Shown here: positions 26,330-38,067 of the stretch, in pieces | How the letters are laid out: each line of letters begins with the position of its first letter | Numbering within the stretch: the first letter of the stretch is position 1 | Assembly: GCA_964016885.1 (NCBI GenBank) | Contig: OZ024757.1 | Coordinates: 21,142,001-21,206,000, forward strand | Origin: Eledone cirrhosa | Taxonomy: Eukaryota | Length of the DNA stretch: 64,000 nucleotides | Direction: 5' to 3' | Notes under the pieces: generated by a model | Seen by the model: only the letters and a program-made list of their open reading frames with translations | What the model was told of the DNA's origin: nothing | Databases searched by the model: none | Program-made: the position numbers and the translations under genes

Positions 26330-26860
26330 CTCAGAGATGAGAGTCACTCCAGGTAGAGCCACCGCTTTTCCAAATTGAGAGATCACAGCTCTGATACTAT
26401 GGACATGTGGTTAGAATGTCTCAAGAAAGAATCACTGGAGTCACTCCAGGTAGAGCCGCTACTTCTTCGAATTGAGAGATCACAGCTCTGATACTATGGA
26501 CATGTGGTTAGAATGTCTCAGAAAAGAATGTGTAGCTCGGAGATCAGAGAGTCACACCAGGTACGGCTGCTACTTCTTCGAATTGAGAGATCACAGCTCT
26601 GATACTATGGACATGTGGTTAGAATGTCTCAGAAAAGAATGTGTAGCTCGGAGATCAGAGAGTCACACCAGGTACGGCTGCTACTTCTTCGAATTGAGAG
26701 ATCACAGCTCTGATACTATGGACATGTGGTTAGAATGTCTCAGGAAGGAATGTGTAGCACGGAGATCAGAGAGTCACTCCAGGTAGAGCTGCTACTTCTC
26801 TGAATTGAGAGGTCACAGCTCTGATACTATGGACATGTGGTTAGAATGTCTCAGGAAAGA
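26330..26860. repeat. ~117-bp tandem duplications of an RTE ORF segment (4-5 units)
   Basis: Repeated TTGAGAGATCACAGCTCTGATACTATGGACATGTGGTTAGAATGTCTCAG. Confidence 0.9.
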
Positions 26861-27079
26861 ATTGCTGGACAGATTTTTATGGGCGAAACCAACAGGCAGG
26901 AGACCCAGGGGTAGACCCCCAAGCAAAATGGTTGGATAATATCCATGAGCTTGGGGATTCAGCCCCGGATCAGTTGGAGACGGTTGCTTCTGACAGGACC
27001 TTCTGGAAGGAGTGTTTGAGGACTCTGCCCCTACGACCACCTTAGGAATAAGTGGGCCAAGAAAAGAAGAAGAAAGAAG

Positions 27080-27640
27080 ATATATTGTGTGTGAGAGAGA
27101 GAGATAGAGAGAGAGGAAGAGAGAGAGGGAGAGAGGGAGAGGGAGAGAGAGGGAGAGAGGGAGAGAGAGAGAAGGTATCACTGTGTGATGCTACTGTCCT
27201 TAAAATATCCAACATTTCTTGTCTACACCACCACCAACAGCAACAACAACAACAACACCAACAACAATCACCATCAACAACCACCACTACCATCATCACG
27301 ACCAACATCATCAGTACTTCCAACGACAACCACCACCACCACCATCAACAACCACCACTACCATCATCACGACCAACATCATCAATACTACCAACGACAA
27401 CCAACACCACCAACAACCACCACTACCATCATCACGACCAACATCATCAGTACTTCCAACGACAACCACCACCACCACCACCAACAACAACCACCACTAC
27501 CATCATCACGACCAACATCATCAATACTACCAACGACAACCACCACCACCACTACCATCATCACGACCAACATCATCAATACTTCCAAAGACAACAACCA
27601 CCACCACCAACACCACCAACAACAACAACTACAACAAAAA
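27080..27640. repeat. (GA)n tract and a CAC/CAA-rich degenerate minisatellite
   Basis: Repeated CCACCACTACCATCATCACGACCAACATCATCA. Confidence 0.85.
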
Positions 27641-27858
27641 CAAGCTAAAAGTGTTGTCTAGCAAAAGTGTTGTTTCATTAAAGAAATGACTTTATCAACA
27701 GAAATTAGGATAAAATAAAACATTTCCAACATTTGTTGTTCAGATTTAGGTACAATAGAATTGAGTAAATTTATAAAACAACATAACTGCTTTAGCACAC
27801 ACATATGTGTGCGTGTGTATATATATACGTATATATATATATATATACACACACATTT

Positions 27859-27899
<41 letters not shown>

Positions 27900-27902
27900 T
27901 TT

Positions 27903-27934
<32 letters not shown>

Positions 27935-27938
<4 letters not shown>

Positions 27939-28347
27939 TGGCTGCCAACTCGTTTTCGAGTACGGCCACTACTTTATATCCATGTAGGAGAACCCCTACC
28001 GATGCGCTGAACGAATGTGACTTTTTAGTCCAGCCAGCGACTTGAAAACTCTGGTACAAAGACTACACTTGTGACCATTATTGACACATAGTGCAGGGCC
28101 CATGGTACCATGTGATGACAAGTGCAGAGAGATCTCCAGATATAAAGCAATGCCTGTGCTGTGAAGCTTTTATAGTGAGCAAAGGCACTGCACAAAGCCA
28201 GTCCCACTCTCTTAACCAAGATGATATTTACCAAAAAGAAGAACAAGTCAACATCATTGGATACCATCAGGGTTGCAGGTGTTATATCAGAGTTTTCCTT
28301 CTCCTAGAATTCTGCCTTGACAAAGGCTAAGGGGTCATCTCTCCCGG

Positions 28348-28348
<1 letters not shown>
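27935..28348. mobile_element. Unclassified ~410-bp interspersed repeat in (TA)n; inverted copy at 39245-39594
   Basis: High similarity between the two copies; both flanked by (TA)n; terminal hairpin. Confidence 0.7.
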
Positions 28349-28381
<33 letters not shown>

Positions 28382-28419
28382 TTATATTTATTTATATATA
28401 TATACACTGATTATTGTTC

Positions 28420-28682
28420 AATGTTTCCTTGAGCAAGACACTTTATTTCACATTGCTCCAGTTTATTCAGCTGTAGAAATGAGATGATAGGGACTGGGGT
28501 CCATATCATTCCACTGCAAAGTGGTCGTGGAGGTGCCACAGCAAAAAAAGCACCCAGCACTCACTGTAAATGAGGTTGGTGTTAGGAAGGGCATCCAGCT
28601 GTAGAAATCAAGCCAGAATCAGTTCCTGTCCCAACCTTGCAAGCAGGGAAAAGTGGACGTAAAATGATGATGATGATGATGA
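28420..28682 (+). mobile_element. 5'-truncated CORE-type SINE
   Basis: Family A sequence. Confidence 0.85.
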
Positions 28683-29292
28683 CACACACATTTATACATA
28701 TATATATATATATACACATTTATATTTATTTATATATATATACACACATATATTTATACATATATATATATACACACATTTATATTTATATATATATATA
28801 TACACACACATATTTATACATATATATACACACATTTATATTTATTTATATTTATATATATATACACATATTTATACATATATATACACACATTTATATA
28901 TATATTTATATATATATATATATGCATACACATGCATACATACATATATACGCACACACACACATATATATAGACATACCCACACACATATATATATATA
29001 TTGTTTTGTAGCTTCTTTCTGTATTTTTGTGTTTATTTTATATGATAGAGTGAAGAGAAATGTGGAAACTCCCTAATCCTTACTTAGTAATTGGAAGATA
29101 AAGACGAAAAACACAAATATGATAAATAAATAGGGAGTGATATGTTTAGAAGAGGCAATAGTAGGGGTGAAGGAATGCTATGGAAGTGTGGGGCTTATTT
29201 ATTTAAAGAAATAACTGCAGATTTTAGCAGATATGTAATTAACTACTTACTCATGTGGATTGTCAATAAAACTCTGTGAGCAGGCATATATA

Positions 29293-29341
<49 letters not shown>

Positions 29342-29371
29342 CCGTGTGTGTATATATGTATATAGATAGGT

Positions 29372-29610
29372 ATGTTTCTTTATTAGCCACAGGGGCACAA
29401 AAGAAGGGGACAAATACAAAGGGGGAATTTACATACAATAAAAACGTGTAAAATTCTATCACAAGCGCAATTTAAAAATTAATCGATTTTCCCCAATAGG
29501 GGGAGGGGAGACATTACATACGGGTAACGCATACCCCCGAAAACCGAAAAAAATGTGCAACCCTCATCTCCAGGAGTACGAAGTGTGAGTACCCCCTTCC
29601 TCTCTTCCTA
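29372..29610 (-). mobile_element. Tx1/L1-like LINE 3' fragment flanked by (TAGA)n
   Basis: Reverse complement of the TTTGTCCCCTTCTTTTGTGCCCCTGTGGCTAATAAAGAAA tail; TAGA repeats on both sides. Confidence 0.55.
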
Positions 29611-29638
29611 GATAGACAGATAGATAGATAGAAATGGC

Positions 29639-29683
29639 TTCTACAGGACTAGAACTGTTTCATTCAAAGGAAATCATCGGGAA
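29639..29683 (-). ncRNA. Hammerhead motif, family 2, variant core CCGATGA
   Basis: TTC-CCGATGA-TTTCCTTTGAAT-GAAA-CAGTTCTAGTCCTG-TA-GAA. Confidence 0.45.
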
Positions 29684-29774
29684 ATGTTGTACATACTCTA
29701 CTAATGTATTAAGTAATTTTCTTGAACATATAAAAAACCCATTAATCTGGATACCTAAATATGGAATGTTACCC

Positions 29775-29952
29775 GATGCCCCCCCCCCACCCCTCCAGCC
29801 CCGGCGGGCAGGATGGAGAAGTCGTTTCCCATGGAGGACAGCAAGGGAGATGCGCTGGAAAAGCCACTCCAACTCGCGGGGTTCACACCTGCGGCTGGCC
29901 AGCTCAGCGCCTATGGTGGTGAGTAGGGAGGTAGCCCTGGGGGCCGAGGACA
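29775..29952 (-). pseudogene. Fragment of a CRE-like non-LTR element, C-terminal restriction-like endonuclease region
   Basis: GC-rich island; IGAELASRRCEPRELEWLFQRISLAVLHG resembles the CRE-clade motif E..WLFQRLS.AV.RGN. Confidence 0.55.
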
Positions 29953-30709
29953 CTAGAAGTATTAAGTACCTTGCTTACTGTTGTTACCCCTGATTGAACC
30001 AGGGACTCTCACTCACACACACACACACACAACTAATTTGTTTAAAACAACGGGACGCTGGACTAGTGATATCCCTTTAAAGTTTTATTGTTGCAAAAAA
30101 CACTGCATATATTTCAATGGCCTGGTTATGTGAGACCCTGATGACATCATCAGGTGTGAATTGCATAATTAATTAATCAATAGAAGGAATGACAGCAAAC
30201 ACATAAACAGAAAAAATATACATATACAGACACACACACAAATATAGAGAGACATGTATAATATATATTTATAAATCAAGATAGAACCAGTTTGAAACCA
30301 GTTAGACCATTACACAACAGAGTACTCGATACTTGGAGTAGTAGAGTATGGCTATATTATAAAGAGTAAGGACCCAACAGCTGAGCTCTTGCTGTTTCAA
30401 CAGCTAGTTCCAGACTGATTGTGGAAAGGCTTTGGTGTTGACTGGCTGTACCATTAGTGTTCTGGTCCATATAAGGGTATACATTATTTATCCCATTGTA
30501 ATTCTTCATAGACATGTTTTAGAAAGCATTGATCCTTATTTTATAGATACAGACACACACACACACTTCCATAGATGATGTTTATATGTTTAGGGAGTGG
30601 TTGTGTGTGTAGATACATAGCTTAGTGAGTGTGTACATGTGTGTGTGTGTGTATGTATGCATCTGAGTTTATCTGCTTGTTTATCCACTTGAGATGGAAT
30701 AATTCTTAA

Positions 30710-30950
30710 CCCTTTAACATTTACATTACTCTATATATACTTTTGTATTTTCACAGTAAAGGCTTTCATCATCAACGTTTAACGTCCGTGTTCCACGCTT
30801 GCATGGGTTTATCTTACATAATTATCTCACATAATATTGAATCTACGAGATTTTGAAGTTACATATTTTTAGAACAATATGTTAACGTCTGTCTGAATGG
30901 CCAGTTAGGGCCAGTTATGGCCGGATACAGATGGTTTAAATGCTAAAGGG
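30710..30950 (+). mobile_element. piggyBac-like MITE with a single internal unit and a short RTE tail inserted at ~30766-30810
   Basis: TTAA|CCCTTTAACATTTA ... TAAATGCTAAAGGG|TTAA. Confidence 0.7.
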
Positions 30951-31700
30951 TTAAGAGGAGGTAGGATTATATTAATTGAAGATATATGAGGGTGTGTTTG
31001 TCTGCAGGCATGATTATCTCAACCTTCAGATAACAGAGCTATGGAATTGGTGTCACAACCAATAGTAGGTCACCTTCATCAAAGAATTGTCCAAATTCAC
31101 TGATTGACAAATTAAATATATGTCAACAAGGGGACGACTTATTTGTTAGTCATCTGAAAAATCAGGAATCATCTAGTCTATAATGTGATTGAATCATCTA
31201 TAATGTGATTGTAATTTCTGGTGGATTTATTAGTTTGAGTTTTTTTTTACTGGTAACTAAGCTAACACTTAAATTATTTCAATTATGGTTAGAAGCATAT
31301 ATCTGATTAAAATATCCACATATTAATTAGAATGGTTCCGATACTATGGAGTTAAATGAGTGTATGTGGGGAAGTTATGGGTGCGAATGTGGGTGTATAT
31401 CGCACTTATTATATTAATATGTATGCTAATGATTGTAAATTGGAATTATTTCTTCTAGCTGTTACTGTTTGCAGTGCTAAGCACTTAAAATACTTTAAAC
31501 TACAGGCAGATAATATATATATATACACACAAATAAGTTGTTAGTTTTTGTTTAGTAAAATATTCCAGGACAGTATTTAACAGTATTTAACTATTCTTTT
31601 AGACAGTGTGACCCCAGAAGGACCTGCAATACTGTCAGTAGGAGTCAAAACAGGGCCAATGAAATGACTGCCGAGGTTTTGTACCTGTTGTCAATTTTGC

Positions 31701-31738
<38 letters not shown>

Positions 31739-32105
31739 AAACGCTTATTTACTCTTCTTTACTCATCCAATAAATATTTATTTTTTCACTTCATCTTAAA
31801 AGTTAAGCTAATACAACAACCTATCACTTAGAGCTTTCTCTTTCTCTTTTCTTCTTTCTTCTCTTTCTTTTCTTCTTGTTTTCTTATTTTCCTCTTAGAG
31901 TTTGCTCTTTTTTCTCTTTCTTTTCTTTCCCTTTCTCCATACCCCAACAGCTTATTTTAAATCTACTGTGATTTAAAAATATCCGACACTAATTTGCATA
32001 ATAGTATAAATAAATTTATAACCCCACTATCCGGGAGCTTCCAACAGAAATGGTCGCATTCTTTAAGGGTATGTCAATATTTATTTATAAAACTGATCTA
32101 TATTA

Positions 32106-32170
32106 TATTTTATCTGATGAAAGCACACCATAATTTAACTTGGTGTCCTTGAAATATGTATAATGAAATA
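32106..32170 (+). ncRNA. Minimal type I hammerhead ribozyme (family 1) in element ~32045-32302
   Basis: TATTTTAT-CTGATGA-AAGCACACCA..TGGTGTCCTT-GAAA-TATGTA-TA-ATGAAATA. Confidence 0.8.
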
Positions 32171-32444
32171 AATATGGTTTTATAAATATAGTTTCCATTT
32201 GTTAATATATCGTATTTTTACTCCAATAATTTGTTGAGTGCTTTATATCAGGTATAAAAATATTTGCTTGTTGTATCCCAACAATTTAAATAGAACTTCT
32301 ACATATATATATATATATATACATACTTAGAAATTAGAAATTATAAGCTTTCACCGTATTTTAGACTAAAGAAATTTCTAGCCTGATAGTGGGGTTTATA
32401 ACCCTCGGAGAAATGGAAAAAGATGAGTGTTGCCGTACATATAC

Positions 32445-32475
<31 letters not shown>

Positions 32476-32688
32476 AGCAGAAGAGATATTCAATTTGTTG
32501 TTAATTCAACAAATATAAATGTTTATAATTATTTAGAGCACTCAACAGATTTTCTGGAGTATAATATACAATGATATTAAATAAATGGAAACTATATTTA
32601 TAAAACCATATTTATTCTATTATATATATTTCAAGGGTACCAAAATTTTGGTACGTTAAATACAAAATGTTTTATAAATATTTGACAT

Positions 32689-33059
32689 CTATCTCTATCT
32701 AAGGCGGGTAAAATTCCCGAGATCCATGGACGAGTTCTCTCCAGCGGTCTCTGTCCCTCATTATCGCTGCCATGTCCTGCATCTCCAACAGACCAGTGTC
32801 TGTCCTTAGGGCATCAACATACGTTAACCTTGGTCTTCCTCTTCTAGTGTGTCCATGTAGGGGCTCCCAAAGGAGTACTGAGTGCAATGTCAACTCTGGA
32901 TGTCGGTGAGCATGTCCAGCTAACCTCAGTCTCCTCTGTGTCACTTTTGAGCTGACTTTTGGGATGCTCCCATACAGCTCTGAGTTTTTCATCCTCAGTG
33001 TATACTGATTAATGTTCAGAGCCATCCTCAGCATTCTCGTGTAGCATCCATCCACCATC
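32689..33059 (-). mobile_element. 5'-truncated RTE-clade LINE with a TGACAT target-site duplication
   Basis: Intact frame DGCYTRMLRMALNI..RRLRLAGH..LLWEP.HG..RRGRPRLTYVD..DRDRWR; TGACAT on both sides. Confidence 0.88.
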
Positions 33060-33165
33060 TGACATAACCAAGGATAATATACCTTAACGGTTCACTTTCC
33101 AGGGATAACTTGAACCGTTAAGGTATATTATCCTTGGTTATGTCAAAAATTTATAAAACATTTTG

Positions 33166-33226
33166 TATTTTATCTGATGATAGGGTACCAAAATGTTGGT
33201 ACCCTTGAAATATATATAATAGAATA
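33166..33226 (+). ncRNA. Minimal type I hammerhead ribozyme (family 1)
   Basis: TATTTTAT-CTGATGA-TAGGGTACCAA AATG TTGGTACCCTT-GAAA-TATATA-TA-ATAGAATA. Confidence 0.82.
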
Positions 33227-33267
33227 AGTATGGTTTTATAAATATAGTTTCCATTTATTTAATATCA

Positions 33268-33312
<45 letters not shown>

Positions 33313-33433
33313 GGAGGTGAGTTTTATTGTAGTACAATAAAGCAATGCAGATATCGGATAAGTAGCACTCAACAGTTTGTAGGACTGGAGTATAAATAAT
33401 ATAAGATCAAAAGATGGTTAAAAGAGTTCCATG

Positions 33434-33504
33434 TATTTTATTATGCGCATTTCAAAAACAAATATCATCATGTGATGACATTTGCGTTTTCATCAGATAA
33501 AATA
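33434..33504 (-). ncRNA. Minimal type I hammerhead ribozyme
   Basis: On the minus strand: TATTTTAT-CTGATGA-long stem II-GAAA-TGCGCA-TA-ATAAAATA. Confidence 0.85.
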
Positions 33505-33577
33505 GGGAGATTTAAAATATGTTGATTTAAAACTGCACTATTCACAAGTGTTTTTTAACCTTCATATCATGTCTCCC

Positions 33578-33648
33578 TATTTTATCTGACGAAAACGCAA
33601 ATGTCATCGCATGATGATATTTGTTTTTGAAATGCGCATAATAAAATA
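33578..33648 (+). ncRNA. Minimal type I hammerhead ribozyme
   Basis: TATTTTAT-CTGACGA-AAACGCAAATGTCATC..GATGATATTTGTTTTT-GAAA-TGCGCA-TA-ATAAAATA; perfect 8-bp stem I, palindromic loop III. Confidence 0.85.
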
Positions 33649-34085
33649 CATGGAACTCTTTTAACCATCTTTTGATCTTATATTATATATATATGATTTT
33701 CAGATGGGAAGCCTTTAGATAAATTTCTCGTTTTGCTTGATTAACAAGCCTGAGGAAGAGATTAGGGCTGATGTCAGGTCTGTAACATTAATATGGTTCC
33801 TGAGCCACCTACCTGTGAAACGTTTGGAACGGAGCCTAATCAATAAACATCTCAATGTGAAGCCTTGTTCTTCTATTGACTTTATATATATATATATATG
33901 TACACACAAATATATTTTTACCGCAAAACATCCAGCCCACACTGCAAATGTGGTTGTCATAAGGAAGGGCATCCGGCCATAGAAAACCAGCCAGAAACAG
34001 TCCTATATACGCAATACACAGTCAACGGACCCAACTTGATGATGATGATGATGATACACACACACACACATATATATATATATAT

Positions 34086-34427
34086 GGAGGCACATGGCTT
34101 AGTGGTTAGAGCATTGGCCTTGCAATCGAAAGGTTGTGAGTTCAATTCTCAGACCGGGTGATGTGTTGTTTCCTTGAGCAAGACACTTTATTTCACATTG
34201 CTCCAGTTTACTCAGCTGTAGAAATGAGATGATAGGGACTGGGGTCCCTATCATTCTACTGTAAAGTGGTCGTGGAGGCGCCACGGCAAAAAAAGCACCC
34301 AGCACTCACTGTAAATGAGGTTGGTGTTAGGAAGGGCATCCAGCTGTAGAAATCAAGCCAGAATCAGTTCCTGTCCCAGCCTTACAAGCAGGGAAAAGTG
34401 GACGTAAAATGATGATGATGATGATGA
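34086..34427 (+). mobile_element. Full-length CORE-type SINE (family A)
   Basis: A and B boxes, CORE-like domain, RTE tail, (GAT)n. Confidence 0.9.
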
Positions 34428-35010
34428 TATATATATAAACAAACCTGATATGAACTTGCTTCTGTATACAATATAAGAGAGAGAGGGAGAGAGAGATATG
34501 ATGAAGGGTTTAAAATAACCTCTTTTACCAGGTTGTGCCACTTTAGTAACATGTAATGTGTGTAAATTAGTGTGTAAACTAGTGTGTTGTTACTTAGAGC
34601 AAGTTAGTAGATTTGTAGAAGTCTGTTGAAACAATGCTGTTATCTAATAAAAGGAAAAAAACAATAAACTTGTGTATCTTAAAATAACATTATCTTTTCA
34701 GGGTTGTGTCAAATTATTTATATATATGTGAGCCTAAATTGTTATTTGGCAGGGGCAATGTTTAGACAATAGTATTAGACAATAACAGGAAGATATGATT
34801 ATAACATTAACAAAAGAAAATATAGCCCAATGAACAGATTGCATCATTTGCGAGAATATTTGTAATTATAAATAATTATTATTCAAGATAAATTTAAACA
34901 ATATTTAATGCTAAAACTTATATTAAATTAAATTACACTCGATATTTATTTCCAGGGAATAAAACTATGTCCTGGAGTTGTTACCACAGGAAATATGTGA
35001 ATTGAATTAA

Positions 35011-35514
35011 CCCTTTAATGTTCAAACCGGCCAAAACCAGTCACAATTCTCTACCTCTTTCTGTTGAAACTGGCTGTAACTGGTCACTCAAACTGATGTT
35101 AAGGTATTGTTCTCAAAATAAATACTTTCAAAATCTCATAGATTCGATATTATGTAAGATATTATGTGAGATAAAGCATTTACCATGAAAATATAATAGT
35201 ATATATAGAGTAATGTGAATGGTATGTGAGATATGTGAGGTAAAGCCTTTACCATGAAAATATAAAAGTATATATAGAGTAATGTAAATGGTATGTGAGA
35301 TATTATGTGAGGTAAAGCATTTACCATGAAAATATAATAGTATATATAGAGTAATGTAAATTTTATGTGAGATATTATGTGAGGTAATGCATTTACCATG
35401 AAAATATAATAGTATATATAGAGTAATGTAAATGGTATGTGAGATATTATGTGAGGTAAAGCCTTTACCATGAAAATATAATAGTATATATAGAGTAATG
35501 TGGATACTAAAGGG
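35011..35514 (-). mobile_element. piggyBac-like MITE with ~5 internal 72-bp units
   Basis: TTAA|CCCTTTAATGTTCA ... TGGATACTAAAGGG|TTAA. Confidence 0.8.
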
Positions 35515-35799
35515 TTAAAACATCAACTGTAATGTTGTTGTTATTATTTCAACTCACACCTTTTGGTCTGGGCAACAAGCCTGATCTGATGAGACTCTAA
35601 AGTCTGTCTCAAGCCCAGAGGTTCATGAAGCCAGTGCTTATCCCAGTTTCTGTGACATGAAGTGACTGAGAGTACAAGACTCACCCCTGGACAGGACACC
35701 AGTCCATTGCAGGATTAAAACCCCCAGCTACACCTGGTACTCATTTTCTACTGGAGCAATGTGAAATGAAGTATTTTACTCAAGATCACAACATGCAAC

Positions 35800-36272
35800 T
35801 GACTTGGTAAACACCCACAAAATTGTTAACCATCTTGCCAACAACAACCCTGAGTATGTTTTTGATTTCCACGTGTCTAACACACGTGGGCATGTCCACA
35901 AAGTCAGAAAACAGCACAGTTCCCATGACTTTCGGAAACATTTTTTCACGCTCAGAACTGCTGAAGCATGGAACAAACTACCTGCATCAGTTGTTAGCTG
36001 TCGAGACACTGCATCCTTTAAAACCTCCATGGAACAAACTACCTGCATCAGTTGTTAGCTGCCGAGACACTGCATTTTTTAAAACCCTCATGCTTCCCGA
36101 GATTCGACAACACTACACCTGATGTTCCCCCTCCATACACATACACACATGTATATCATGACTCATACACTATTCACTTCCCTGACATTTGTATATTATT
36201 CTATGTAGTATACATGCACCTTTGACGAGTTGTAGTGCACCTGAGCATTGTACACAATAATTTCATTATTAT
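35800..36272 (+). mobile_element. CR1/L2-type LINE 3' fragment nested in an old SINE
   Basis: TRGHVHKVRKQH..RKHFFTLRTAEAWNKLPASVV, the CR1-like C-terminal motif; 3' UTR ends in (ATT)n; short tails also at ~45135-45218 (+) and ~55362-55420 (-). Confidence 0.8.
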
Positions 36273-36784
36273 AATTCAGTCTAGGAATCAAACCCACAGC
36301 ATTATGATCGTAAGTTCAACACACCCCTTGGGTAACATTAATAGGTGGATGAAAATAAAAGGGGAATAGATGAATGTTAAGCATTTGAATAAGAAGATCT
36401 AGAATATACCTTAAGGTGTATAGACAAACAAATGAATATAAAACATATCTTAAAATAACATTTATCTTTTACAAGGTTCAGTTAATGTTAGTTATATGAA
36501 TACATGAAGAATAGATGGTATTAGTAGACTGGTGGGTGGTAGTGGGAGGTGGTCTTGAATTGCTGAACTTCACAGACAGAGGAAATGACAAAGCTGATGA
36601 GTGGAGGGGTGCGGTACAGTAAAACACCTGTCCAACCCATACATGGGTGTAGGGGTTGAGAGGTGATCTGGAATCTCTGAGAGAGAGATAGATGGGAAAG
36701 CAGGATGATGTGTGGACCTGTTCAACCCCTGCAAGCATGGAAAAGCAGCTGAAAAATGATGATAAGACAATGGTATTATGATAT

Positions 36785-37342
36785 CGGCCCTTGCCATTCT
36801 GAGTTCAAATCCCGCCGAGGTTAACTTTGCCTTTCATCCTTACGGGGTCGATAAAATAAAGTACCAGTAATGCACTGGGTAATTGCTGGCCTTGTGCCAA
36901 AAGTCAAAGCAATTATTATTATTATGAGAGTTCAAACCCCGCTGAGGTTAACTTTGCCTTTCGTCCTTACGGGGTCGATAAAATAAAGTACCAGTAATGC
37001 ACTGGGATAATTGCTGGCCTTGTGCCAAAAGTAGAAACAATTATTATTATTATTGGCAGTATCGGTAGAGGGTCGGACGCCATGCTTTGATGCATAGAGT
37101 TACGGCCCTTGCCATTCTGAGTTCAAATCCCGCCGAGGTTAACTTTGCCTTTCATCCTTACGGGGTTGATAGAATAAAGTACCAGTAATACACTGGGATA
37201 ATTGCTGGCCTTGTGCCAAAAGTAGAAACAATTATTATTATTGTGAGAGTTCAAATCCTGCCGAGGTTAATTTTGCCTTTCGTCCTTACGAGGTCGATAA
37301 AATAAAGTACCAGTAATGTACTGGGTAATTGGTCACCTTGTG
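36785..37342 (+). mobile_element. Four tandem Deu/Nin-type SINE copies
   Basis: Each ends AGAAACAATTATT or similar, and the next copy begins directly. Confidence 0.88.
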
Positions 37343-37597
37343 CCAAAAATAGAAACAATTATTTAAGAAAATTTCATTTTCCCCATATATTCTCCTCTCG
37401 TTTTACTGCTTTCAGTCATTAGATTAGACTGAAGTGCTGCTGGGCTGATACTTGAAGGGACTTAGTATATCATATTGATCACAATACTTATTTGTTGAAG
37501 TCTGGTACTTATTGATTTCCTATTTTGTTAACCTGCTAGACTGCAGGACACAAACAAACATAGACACGGGTTCATATACATACATATATATATATAT

Positions 37598-38047
37598 ATA
37601 CGATATTAAACAAATGGAAACTATATTTATAAAACCATATCTATTTCACCATACATATTTCAGGGATACCATATTAAAAATATGGCATGCCTTCTTCAGA
37701 TAAAATACAATATATAAGCAGTTTTATAAATAAATTTGACGTACCATAAAATATTGATCAACTTCCATTTAAAAAAGTTGGTTTTTTAAATGGAAGTTGA
37801 TCAATATTTTATGGTACATCAAATTTATTTATAAAACTGCTTATATATTGTATTTTATCTGAAGAAGGCATGCCATATTTTTAATATGGTATCCCTGAAA
37901 TATGTATGGTGAAATAGATATGGTTTTATAAATATAGTTTCCATTTGTTTAATATCGTATATCTACTACAAAACTTGTTGAGTGCTTTATATCAGTTATA
38001 AAATATTTACTTGTTGTAACCCAACAATTTTAAATAAAACTTTTGCA
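37598..38047. mobile_element. Fold-back hammerhead family 1 element with ~180-bp arms
   Basis: 37598-37776 is the reverse complement of 37782-37960; TTGAGTGC end; (TA)n flanks. Confidence 0.75.
37851..37916 (+). ncRNA. Hammerhead motif with a non-permissive cleavage triplet (AUG); mirror copy at 37642-37707 (-)
   Basis: TATTTTAT-CTGAAGA-AGGCATGCCATATT..AATATGGTATCCCT-GAAA-TATGTA-TG-GTGAAATA. Confidence 0.65.
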
Positions 38048-38067
38048 TATATATATATATATATATA

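Larger units (their letters stand above)
25545..27070 (+). pseudogene. RTE-clade LINE 3' portion (RT C-terminal region), interrupted by a SINE and an internal 117-bp tandem expansion
   Basis: MKISAVKTE..LKQVEKFKYLG..ARIAKAG|AVMRQLH..LTYGHESWVMTERIQSRIQAAEMGFL*RV..GRRPRGRP. Confidence 0.88.
32475..33270. mobile_element. Fold-back hammerhead family 1 element with a nested RTE insertion
   Basis: Inverted arms around the centre at ~33095-33110; the left arm has lost the CTGATGA core; (TA)n flanks. Confidence 0.7.
33310..33690. mobile_element. Fold-back element with a hammerhead in each arm
   Basis: Arms ~33396-33510 and ~33572-33686; GCACTCAAC end motif; TA flanks. Confidence 0.72.
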
